Part shown: positions 10,487 to 19,600 of the stretch, piece after piece
Layout of the letters: each line of letters opens with the position of its first letter
Position numbering within the stretch: the first letter of the stretch is position 1
IMG/VR virus record: IMGVR_UViG_3300049048_000052
Location: 1-64,000 of that record
Strand: one strand, 5' to 3'
DNA: 64,000 nt
Program-made: the position numbers and the translations under genes
The notes under the pieces: generated by a model
What the model was told of the DNA's origin: nothing
The model's database searches: none
The model's input: only the letters and a program-made list of their open reading frames with translations

Positions 10487-10524
10487 ATTTTATATCTCTT
10501 TGTATATTAGTAAATCAGCGAGTC

Positions 10525-11862
10525 TTACTTAACGACTCTCTTTTGAGCTTTCTCAGCATTCCTGCTTATAATCTCTTGGAGACCTGCAGTGACACTGTCA
10601 GTAGCAGCTCTACTGGAGGTCATGCCGAACTGTTGATTATAGGAGATAGCTTCACCCTTAACTAGGTCTACTACTAGATCTGCTAGAGCTTGCACTAGAT
10701 CAACACTGGACTCAGCACCTTCACTATTGGAAAGCTTAATAACAGTGTTAGATAGTTGGGCGGATTCCAGGGCAGTCTTAATCTGACTGAACTTCTGGAT
10801 CTGTACAGGGGCTACACCAGCTTCACTCATAGATCTGAATAAAGCGGTCTCGTTAGCCTTACTTACATTAGTAGAGAAAGCCTGAGCGACTACGTCATGC
10901 TCAGCTATCTTACTCTTTAAGGATTCCAACTCGGCGGTTAGAGTAGCAATAACAGACTGAGCACCCTCTAGCTTCTCTGCATATAGAGACTTTAGGGATT
11001 CAACTTGGTCCATTATAGCTTTCATTACTTCTGTCTGATTTGGTTCATTCATACTGGTTGTGACTGGTGTGGGGGTTTCTATTGCGGGTACCTGAGCGGT
11101 CTCGGCCTGTACAACGGAGGCTACTACTTCAGCTGGTGTTGCAGAGGCTTCAATAGTAGAAGATAGAGCTACCTCTACTTCTTCTACTTGAGGGGCTTCT
11201 GCTTCAACCACCGGAGACTCTACTACCTCTACTGGCTCAACTTCAGCAGGAGCTGCAGCCGTAGGCTCTAAGCCCTCAGTCACAGCATCTTTGTCTTCGT
11301 TTGGCATTTCTTCTAATTCCTGTTTAGGTGTTTCTATTACCGTTGCTGTAGATAAACTAATCACAAAAGGCACAACGTTTTGTGAGCAGTCCTCTACTGC
11401 GGTAGATAGGGCTTGGACTTTCTCACCAAAGGGTATAAAGGGGGCATTGGTAAGGGCTACCCTCAAGAAGGCAGTACCTCTAACCTCTCCTGTATCCTTG
11501 TCTTTGAAGTTACGTACAAATTCTCCACTGGAGTATTCATACTGTCCTTCACTTACCTTATGGTAGGTGTCGTCCTTAACCTCAAAGTCTCCATAAAGGG
11601 TATCACCCTCTACAAAGATATCTTTAGCATTACCTCTTTTACGATGAGAGTCCGTAGACTTGGGATCCTCATCTATATGACCATAAGTGATATAGGGTTC
11701 AAACCCTAACTTATTGTGCCGATGATTGTCAATAATAGTATTAAAGTCTGTGTCCGTAAATGAGACAGTACCATAGTGGTCATGGAACCAGGTACCTTTC
11801 TTAGCTAAGGGCACTCTAACTATATTACCCCCAATTAGCTGGGCACTGTTAGTATTATCCAT
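10525..11862 (-). CDS. Mu-like prohead protease fused to scaffold
   Basis: GTW..GTVSFT..YGH..YEYSSGEF..VALTNAPFI protease core, then Glu/Ala/Pro-rich linker and coiled coil. Confidence 0.85.
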   Translation of the reverse strand: MDNTNSAQLIGGNIVRVPLAKKGTWFHDHYGTVSFTDTDFNTIIDNHRHNKLGFEPYITYGHIDEDPKSTDSHRKRGNAKDIFVEGDTLYGDFEVKDDTYHKVSEGQYEYSSGEFVRNFKDKDTGEVRGTAFLRVALTNAPFIPFGEKVQALSTAVEDCSQNVVPFVISLSTATVIETPKQELEEMPNEDKDAVTEGLEPTAAAPAEVEPVEVVESPVVEAEAPQVEEVEVALSSTIEASATPAEVVASVVQAETAQVPAIETPTPVTTSMNEPNQTEVMKAIMDQVESLKSLYAEKLEGAQSVIATLTAELESLKSKIAEHDVVAQAFSTNVSKANETALFRSMSEAGVAPVQIQKFSQIKTALESAQLSNTVIKLSNSEGAESSVDLVQALADLVVDLVKGEAISYNQQFGMTSSRAATDSVTAGLQEIISRNAEKAQKRVVK

Positions 11863-11865
11863 CTT

Positions 11866-11988
11866 TTAATAGCCGGTTAATCCGTACTTACCAGTATCCT
11901 TATTCTGCATTCTAAGGGGATAGGCTTTCATAGCTTTCTTAGTTGAAGATGCCTTGGGTTTGGCCCTTCTCTTAGACTTTACCTTCAT
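11866..11988 (-). CDS. Small basic protein, 40 aa (MKVKSKRRAKPKASSTKKAMK...)
   Basis: Open frame below the ORF-track size cut-off; stop directly before the protease start. Confidence 0.5.
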   Translation of the reverse strand: MKVKSKRRAKPKASSTKKAMKAYPLRMQNKDTGKYGLTGY

Positions 11989-12117
11989 AGGTGTCTTAGG
12001 ATCTGATATTATTGAGTTCAAAATACAGCTTGCTGAGGCCTATAATGTAGGCTTTTTGCATACCTTTATTAGAGGGGTGGGCTGTATATACTTAGTGTAT
12101 CAGATGAAGGACTTAGC

Positions 12118-12693
12118 ATGATTCCATTAAATATAGGTAGAGACTCTAGAGGCTTACCAACATACCCTACTAGAGAGGGCACTAAACCAGAGGATAGGGC
12201 CAGAATAATAGAGGTTGTAAGACCTGACTTAGCTAGTTGCCTTGATATGGTTGGTATATCCAAGCAGGCTCATTGGAACGTTAAAGGTTATAACTTTATA
12301 GCAATACACAAACTATTTGATGAGATATATGACTATATTGCTGGCACCTCTGATGTATTGGCTGAGAGGATTACTGCATTAGGCGGTACTGCCCAAGGTG
12401 GTGCCCGTTTTGTGGTGGCTAATAGTTATATACCCATGTATCCCGATCAGGCTGTAGGATGCTGTGAACACCTAATGGCTATGGCGGATAGACTGGCTAT
12501 ACTCTCCAATACTATGGCCATGTCCATAGATAAACTAGATCAGATAGGATCAAAGGTTACTAGTAATATATATCAGGATATAGTCCATCAATTGGATAAG
12601 TATCTATGGTTCGTTGAGGCCCATATACAAGCTCCAGAACATAGTGAAGAAAGCTATGAATTGACTGATACTCTAAAATATGACCAGTCGTGA
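12118..12693 (+). CDS. dps: Dps / ferritin-like DNA protection protein
   Basis: KQAHWNVKGYNFIAIHKLFDEI...DVLAERITALGG and DKYLWFVEAH ferroxidase signatures. Confidence 0.93.
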   Translation: MIPLNIGRDSRGLPTYPTREGTKPEDRARIIEVVRPDLASCLDMVGISKQAHWNVKGYNFIAIHKLFDEIYDYIAGTSDVLAERITALGGTAQGGARFVVANSYIPMYPDQAVGCCEHLMAMADRLAILSNTMAMSIDKLDQIGSKVTSNIYQDIVHQLDKYLWFVEAHIQAPEHSEESYELTDTLKYDQS

Positions 12694-12902
12694 ATAAGTC
12701 ACATTCAAGGAAGACATATCCAGCTAATAAAGCTGTACCAGTCGAGGAACTAGAGAAGTATAGGAAAGAGATATTCCGTAGGGATGGGGATACATATATA
12801 AAAACATCTCCTACTCCTGAAATACGTAAATGGATTAAGAAGTTTCATATACGTAAGTCAAGGAGATATTATAGGTATGAAGAAGCCCAAGCTGAATATT
12901 AA
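12690..12902 (+). CDS. Small basic hypothetical protein
   Basis: ORF overlapping the dps stop by 4 nt. Confidence 0.55.
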   Translation: MNKSHSRKTYPANKAVPVEELEKYRKEIFRRDGDTYIKTSPTPEIRKWIKKFHIRKSRRYYRYEEAQAEY

Positions 12903-12910
12903 GAAGCTCT

Positions 12911-13558
12911 ATGATTGAACTTAGTTGTTGTATATGTGGGGCAGCTTATAAAGTTAAACCATACAGAGCTAATAACTCAAAGACCTGTTCCAAGATATGT
13001 AGAGATAAATACCTAGGGCTTATATTTAAGGGTTCTGGTGGGCCCTCCTGGAAGGGAGGTAGTTCTAATCGAACTAAAGAGCATAAACGTTGGTCTGCTG
13101 CAGTAATAGAAAGGGACGGCCGCTGTATAGAATGTGGTGCTAATTCCTTATTACAGGCGCATCATGTAGAACATTTCTCTAAATCTATATCGGCTAGAAC
13201 CGATATTAATAATGGCATAACTGTTTGTGTGAGGTGCCACGCTGATAAACACCCCGAATTACCTCGTGCCTTTGTGTTAAGGGAGGGTGGTAAGTCTATC
13301 AAACTATGCCCTCGGTGTGGAAAGCAGTTTGTAGGTGCAAAGGCTAAACAAGTGTATTGCAGTATCAATTGTAGAAGGGAATCTACAAAGACTGGCCATC
13401 TTATAAGATGTGTTATATGTAATAAAGAAGTCTATAAACAAGCTAGGCACAAAGACTTAGGCAAATGTTGCTCTAGAGTCTGTGCTGGGCAATTAGGTAG
13501 GCTTATCAGATATGGCAAGGAAAAAGAAGGAACTGAACATATCCAAAGCGATCCGTAG
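12911..13558 (+). CDS. HNH endonuclease with CxxC zinc-binding repeats
   Basis: RDGRCIECG..LQAHHVEH..DINNGITVCVRCHADKH, flanked by C..C..CS..C repeats. Confidence 0.85.
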   Translation: MIELSCCICGAAYKVKPYRANNSKTCSKICRDKYLGLIFKGSGGPSWKGGSSNRTKEHKRWSAAVIERDGRCIECGANSLLQAHHVEHFSKSISARTDINNGITVCVRCHADKHPELPRAFVLREGGKSIKLCPRCGKQFVGAKAKQVYCSINCRRESTKTGHLIRCVICNKEVYKQARHKDLGKCCSRVCAGQLGRLIRYGKEKEGTEHIQSDP

Positions 13559-13694
13559 GCCGGGGGCGCTAACTAGAAAGGCTAAGGCTGCTGGTATGTC
13601 TATATCAGAGTATGCCTCTAAACATAGAAAGGATAAAGGGTTGACAGGGCAACAAGCCAGATTCTACTTCACACTTAGAAAGATTAATAAATGA
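13512..13694 (+). CDS. Small very basic protein
   Basis: MARKKKELNISKAIRRPGALTRKAKAAG...; K/R-rich. Confidence 0.6.
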   Translation: MARKKKELNISKAIRRPGALTRKAKAAGMSISEYASKHRKDKGLTGQQARFYFTLRKINK

Positions 13695-13722
13695 CATTAG
13701 GGGCGTAGGCCCCTTTACTTTT

Positions 13723-14136
13723 ATGTATACCTTAGAAGAGTTTTTACTGTTAGATATAGTCAATAGGATAGAGTTGGCTAAGGTTATTAATATAGAGATA
13801 TTGGCTGATGATAAAAGCGAATTATATCTAACCTGGCAAGATAAGCAAGGTAAGGTATATAAGCATGCGATCAAAACTAAGATACTTGGTAATATCGTAC
13901 ATACCTTTGAGACATATGTAGCCACAGAGATGTTAAGACAGGGATATGTTCTAGTACCTATAGAGGGAGGCTTTGAGGTCTATGGAGGTACTGAGATATA
14001 TCAGGTTATGAAAGAAGAATGCACTTGCCCCTATTACATCTACAAGAGGAACAAGTGCATTCACTTGATATTTAAGGATTGGCATATGCAGTATAGACAG
14101 GAGGCCTCTGCATTAAAGAGGAAGTATCACGGCTAA
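13723..14136 (+). CDS. SWIM zinc-finger protein
   Basis: CTCPYYIYKRNKCIHL (CxC-x(n)-CxH). Confidence 0.7.
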   Translation: MYTLEEFLLLDIVNRIELAKVINIEILADDKSELYLTWQDKQGKVYKHAIKTKILGNIVHTFETYVATEMLRQGYVLVPIEGGFEVYGGTEIYQVMKEECTCPYYIYKRNKCIHLIFKDWHMQYRQEASALKRKYHG

Positions 14137-15629
14137 GCAGTCTCTTTAGACTTAGTAGGCCTGGACTTAGACTTAGCTTTAGGGGCAGCACTAACTGGCT
14201 TAGCCGTAGCCGCCTCTTTGATCTTTTTAATATTGGCCTTATCTGCAGCTGTCATTTCCCTTTGAGGTGCAGAGATGATATCTCTATAGTATTGATAATC
14301 TACTTCCTCTTCTAGGTTGAGGCCACCAACTGCTTCTGCTTGGGTTAACACACCTGAGATAGTGGCGACATCAGAGTATCTAAAGGGCTTAGCCGTTATA
14401 GTACCTGAGTCATAAGCTGAGAAGTTATCTCTAGCATCAAAGTTATACTGAATAAGTTGAGCTACGCACTGCTCTAGGAATGAATTGATAACTACCTCAA
14501 AGATAGAGTCAACAAACATATGGAACAGTTCTACTTGTCTTTCAGAGGCGCCCCCAGTACCTAGTCCTTGACTACCATCCTTCATAATGAGGTTGGGTAT
14601 GCTCATACCTCTCATCATATTCTCATCGCACAACTCAATAGCCTGTTGGAATGAGTCAGCGAAGTTATTACCAGTGGTAAGTGCTTCTAGTTTAACCGGG
14701 TGGTCCTTATCTATCTGAGTGAATACAATACCTGTCTCACTCCTCATGTTCTCTAGCTCACGGGCGGCCATCTCGTGTAGAGTGAGATACCTAGTGGTAC
14801 CGTCTAGGTCCTGCATTATCTCATCTGTATTCTGAGGAGGTACTACAGCCCATATAAGAGGCGTACCATATCTATCTAGTGCTATGGCCATCATATCTCT
14901 GAAGGCCTCCTTGAATAGATGATACTTAAGGATGGGAACAAGCACAGAGGTACCGTAAGGGTTATTACCCTCACCACCCAATGAGCAATGGATAACTTTA
15001 GACTTGGGTAGTCTAACCATAGAACCTGTAAAGTTAGGACCTACAGGCCTCTCCTTTGTATAGTAAAGAGGCACAGGTACCCACACACCAGTCAAGTAAT
15101 TGGATGTAGGGATAGCCTCGCCATGGGTTAACCTACCATGTAGATTAAGTTTAAGATCTACTTGACTAGGATGATAACTAATAACGTCCTCTATCCATGT
15201 TTGGTCTATACCATTAGGTCCCTTCTTCTTACCCCATATAATCTCTTGTGTAGAGAAGCCTGACCAGAGACAGTTAACTGTGGCATCATATATCCACTTA
15301 CTAACTCCCTTTAGATTAGCCTGTACAAACTTAGTTATATTCTTATCTGTATGAGAATACTTACCGATCTTAGCTTTAACGGATAGGGCTATCTTACGTA
15401 TCCCATCAAAGATGATAGGCTCGCTGCGTCTAGCATTATCCCAAGCTGCTAACTGATAATAGTGGGGTTTAACTACTGGAGTGAAATATTCACCAGTAGA
15501 GTTATATGCTGTAGCACGTCCCATCTGTCCGAACTCTGCAGGCCTTTTTCTATAGAGGGCTGAGGTTCTTATTGGAGGGGACGTGCTAATGTCTGATGTC
15601 TTTCCCAGGGTTGGGTGTAGGTCTACCAT
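14133..15629 (-). CDS. Portal protein (Mu gp29 / DUF935-like)
   Basis: LPKSKVIH..NPYGTSVL..KYHLFK..MAIALDRYGTP portal signature. Confidence 0.85.
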   Translation of the reverse strand: MVDLHPTLGKTSDISTSPPIRTSALYRKRPAEFGQMGRATAYNSTGEYFTPVVKPHYYQLAAWDNARRSEPIIFDGIRKIALSVKAKIGKYSHTDKNITKFVQANLKGVSKWIYDATVNCLWSGFSTQEIIWGKKKGPNGIDQTWIEDVISYHPSQVDLKLNLHGRLTHGEAIPTSNYLTGVWVPVPLYYTKERPVGPNFTGSMVRLPKSKVIHCSLGGEGNNPYGTSVLVPILKYHLFKEAFRDMMAIALDRYGTPLIWAVVPPQNTDEIMQDLDGTTRYLTLHEMAARELENMRSETGIVFTQIDKDHPVKLEALTTGNNFADSFQQAIELCDENMMRGMSIPNLIMKDGSQGLGTGGASERQVELFHMFVDSIFEVVINSFLEQCVAQLIQYNFDARDNFSAYDSGTITAKPFRYSDVATISGVLTQAEAVGGLNLEEEVDYQYYRDIISAPQREMTAADKANIKKIKEAATAKPVSAAPKAKSKSRPTKSKETA

Positions 15630-15631
15630 TT

Positions 15632-16141
15632 CTAGTACTGTGTGAAGGAAGGTCTAGGTGTACCAGCTAAGAGACTTTGGGCAGGCTTGAGTTCCTCTAT
15701 CTTTCTGTTCATGCCTTCCATGACCTCTTTCTGAGCATCGTTCTGATCCTTAACAAAGGAGTTGATAGCTTGGGTTAGTGCTTCCACCCAAAAGGGGTCC
15801 ATGCTTAAATAGTCCATACCTAAAGGTATATGAGACACATGTGCAGCCCTAACCCAATCGTCTAACCTTGCTTCCTCTCTAAGGTTGGTAGCAACACTCT
15901 CTACCCATTGTCTATATAAAAGAGGAAGATCAGGATCTATAGGTTGTTTAATAAATCTATAGTCAACGAACTCAGTTCTGTTCTCCCAATAGGAGATTAC
16001 ATCTCGGTAATATACAGGAGTGGCAGTCCTACCTTGTAGGAGAAATAAACAACTAGCTAGACACCAGTCCCTTAGTTCTGCACTTGCTTCCCAGATCTCT
16101 TCACTTGTGCAGGCCCGGTAGGTGTTTCTCCCATCATCAGC
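15632..16141 (-). CDS. -1 frameshift extension of tail assembly chaperone (GT-like product)
   Basis: The -1 frame is open from the slippery A AAA AAG (16147-16141) to 15632 and includes ORF 15632-15838. Confidence 0.8.
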   Translation of the reverse strand, partial: ADDGRNTYRACTSEEIWEASAELRDWCLASCLFLLQGRTATPVYYRDVISYWENRTEFVDYRFIKQPIDPDLPLLYRQWVESVATNLREEARLDDWVRAAHVSHIPLGMDYLSMDPFWVEALTQAINSFVKDQNDAQKEVMEGMNRKIEELKPAQSLLAGTPRPSFTQY

Positions 16142-16452
16142 TTTTTTGCTGCTGCCTGTGCGGCTTCCTTAACCTTGTCATCAGGGAAGAAAGCAGACAT
16201 GAAGAACTCAATGAAGTATTGGGTGTCCGTGGTAGACCAATCAGCCATACGCATAATAGGTTCCATTTCCCAATCTCCAGGTACTGGTGCCCCATCAACT
16301 GCGACTAAAGCCTTAGCTGCCATTAGTTCCTCAATAGCATAACCTACTTCTCTTTGTACGGATCTGAATTCTTTAACAGCATTCATTCTATCCATAAAGG
16401 TAGGAGGCTGTACCGCAATGGTTCTACCGGAGGGTAAGGTAACTTCAAACAT
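16072..16452 (-). CDS. Tail assembly chaperone (G-like)
   Basis: Size, acidic-helical pattern (VTLPSG..PPTFMD) and an internal slippery heptamer with an open -1 frame. Confidence 0.75.
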   Translation of the reverse strand: MFEVTLPSGRTIAVQPPTFMDRMNAVKEFRSVQREVGYAIEELMAAKALVAVDGAPVPGDWEMEPIMRMADWSTTDTQYFIEFFMSAFFPDDKVKEAAQAAAKKLMMGETPTGPAQVKRSGKQVQN

Positions 16453-16632
16453 AAATGTTAATCTGTAATGTTCTATATGATTAGTTTAGCCTGTTTGGCT
16501 ATTTATAAGCATAGACGTAAAGTGCTTATGTGAAAAGGGGGTAACTTAGGCATTAATAGTTATTAGCACACAATATAGAATGAAACTATTGTCTTAATGG
16601 TACAAAGAGCAGGATAAGAGGGGAAACCTACT

Positions 16633-19600
16633 TTGTTTTCTGAAGAAGAAGAGAAGCGATCTAGTTTAGAGTTATTGATGGGTAGGCTTAGAGGGGAGGA
16701 ATCATCTGATGATGCCCTAAGTCTAGCGGTAAGGCACCACATCTATTATGGAGGTGGTAGTGATAGCTTCATGGCTAGATACAATAGAATGGCGGATGAG
16801 AACCCCTCAGATGAGCCTAGACTCTTTGGAGATCTAAGCACACTTAGCGGTGAATTTGAACTAGATGAGAACTCTCTGAATCAGAGTATAAGAGAAGTAA
16901 CAGCGTACTCTGCATTCTCATCCTTTGATAAGGATATGCAGAATGTATTAGGTAATGGTGCTAATGCTTTAAAGAGATTACATGGTAGGTTCTACTTTGG
17001 TAGTAAGACCCAGGATGCCACCTTTGCATCTAAGAATGTCTACGACACGATATATCGTCCATTCTCTATAGATGCAGATAAAGAAGGATGGACTATAGCC
17101 CCTGAGAGTCCCTTGCATGGTATGCGGGAACATGTCCTCCAAACTATAGTTGATGCTGATGTTAATAGCGGTAGGGGTAACTTCGTTAATATAAGAAGTG
17201 AACTCAATCGTATGGTCCGGGGTAATCTATCTATTAATAAGAAGAACCTGGCACTTATAGATAAAAATACAGACGAAAGAATAGCAGGTATGATAGGTCA
17301 AAAGACCTATGTTAATAGACCCGGCATAGCGCCCTTCTTATCTATGATTCAGGGTGCTGATACTGAGATTGTTATAGATACTTACCAGTTCCAGAATAAA
17401 GCTATATCAGACTATTTATATAACTGGGTAACTAGAAAGGCCTTAGCAGGTGAGACCCCTAGACTGACGATCAGATTAGCTATGCCTAGGGATAAAGGTG
17501 TTGATAGCGCTACTAGCTATGACATTCTTGGACCTAACCTAATACAAATACTCAAGTTCAAACAATTAAAAGAGCAGTTAAATAATGACTTCCCTGATAG
17601 GGATTGGGATGACCTTATTAAGGTAGAGGTTGAGTCTGATGTACACCACTCTAAAATGTACTTCACTGATAGGGCTGCAGCTATAGGCTCCATCAACCTT
17701 ACTAGTCCTGTAGGATATAATCCTAATCAGGCAGGCTCCAACTATGAAATGATGAGAATATTTCATAGTGTAGCCCCTCAAGCTAGTATGGGGGACCTTA
17801 GGTCTGCTCTTACGGATCTTAAGATAAGACATACCTTAGGACTTAATAAGGAACAGTTAAGAGAAGAGTTCCTTTATAGACAGGTAAAAGATCTTAGGGA
17901 GCAAATGGAGAACCGTGTGAGAGGTTCCTCTATGAACTTCACTAATAGGAGAGGCCAACTAGGAATGGGTGGCGACATCTTTGAGCATCTAGAGAAGACA
18001 GTAGAGATGCTGGATGATCCTAGATTTATTGGTAGTAGATTAGGAGACATAATAGCAGGGGGCACTAAGTCTGATAAGTCTAGGGCTCGGTTTGCTAATA
18101 GGTCTGGTAGACTTGAACTCCATATGATACTAGACCAAGTAATGCTATTGCAGCATGCGGATGGTCTATTCAACACTATGGTGGAAGGTGAATTTGGTAG
18201 GTTCTCAGATGATCAGCTATCTAGGATGGATAGTACTGGAGCTAGGAGGGCAAGATATAAGAGGGTACAAAGTAAAGTATTACGTGCCCTTGCTGATAAT
18301 AGAGCGTTTATTGTAGCTGATGCTAGAAATCTAAGAGAGGGTGTTATAGATCCTCTTATGTTTGGTGCCTATGATGAGAGAACTGGTACTAATAGAGGAC
18401 CCCTAATAGCTAGAGAGGTATGGGAGCAGCACGACTATGACATAGCTAAGCTAGCTAGGAAGGCTACAGGATCAAGTGTTGATGAGAGGGTGTTATCCCT
18501 TAGTAACCAGTTCGGATTCTCTAATGAGACTTCACTCCAAGTACTGGCATTGGCTAGTGGAAATATTAGGGCTGCAGGTGTTCCTAGACAGCACGTTAAA
18601 GCTTATAGCCTGATGGCTAGATTGGATGATAGGAAGGGGGCCCCTAATCTAGTAGCACTAAGCTCCTATATGGGTAGCTCCAACTTGGGTCTATATTCAT
18701 CCCCTATGAGGGGTATTGATGACCTAGGCTCCTCTATGGACTCTGATCATCTTAGCCATGAAATTGGTCTAACTATGATGATGGGTCAGGTTAGATCCAT
18801 GATGGACTTCAATACTACTAGTGAGTATGCACTCAGCAGTAGTCAAGAATATGTTGAGATGCAGAGGTACTTCCTACCTAATTGGAGCTTAGCTATGAGT
18901 CAATTAGGGGTGTCAGCTATAGAGAATAAGAACTTCATGGAGGTCCGTAGCAGGAGTCTATGGGAGGGTAACGTTGATAGTAAATCTCTAGTAGGACTGA
19001 GAGATGGCATCCATAATATGATGCGCTCTATGAAGATAGACGAATCTGTATACAGTATAGGTACTGTAACAGATGGATCTAGCCAAAAGGTTATAGGTCT
19101 AGAACTTAGTTTAGATGCTAGGGCCTTAGCTGGCTTTGGTAAAGGCTTTGAAGGTCTACATGGTGAGAGCCGTAGGATAAGTTATAGATTCACTACCCTT
19201 AAAGGGGCGGGTGCTGATCCTATGGTCTATGCAATAGATCAAGGTAAGATTATTGGCAGATCTTTATTTGTTAATAATAGTGATGTAGAACTACCTATTC
19301 TAGATAGGACTATACAAAGTAAGTCCAGTACAGTACTTAACTCTATAGATAATACTTTAGCCTTCATAGCTACCCTAGCTGCGGAGGTAACACATAGAGC
19401 GCTTATAGATAAACCTCGTAAGACATTTGAATCCTTAGATGGCAAGGCGCAGAGAGTAGCCATAGGAGATTACCTAGCTCGTCTTGCGGGTATTAGAGGC
19501 GGTCAATTAGAGGGTCTTTATAATACTGATGTCCTAACTGATGAACATGCTCTCAAGTTAGCGGAGGAGATTAATAAACGTCTGCTCTATGGTAATGAGA

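Noticed and set aside
3222-11709. Plus-strand short ORFs (3222, 6304, 6664, 7312, 9068, 9848, 9948, 11291, 11413)
   Set aside because: Antisense shadows of long minus-strand structural genes, with no RBS or motifs.
12576-13765. Extra GATATAGTC (group I S-element-like) strings
   Set aside because: They lie inside intact ORFs without P, Q or R elements.
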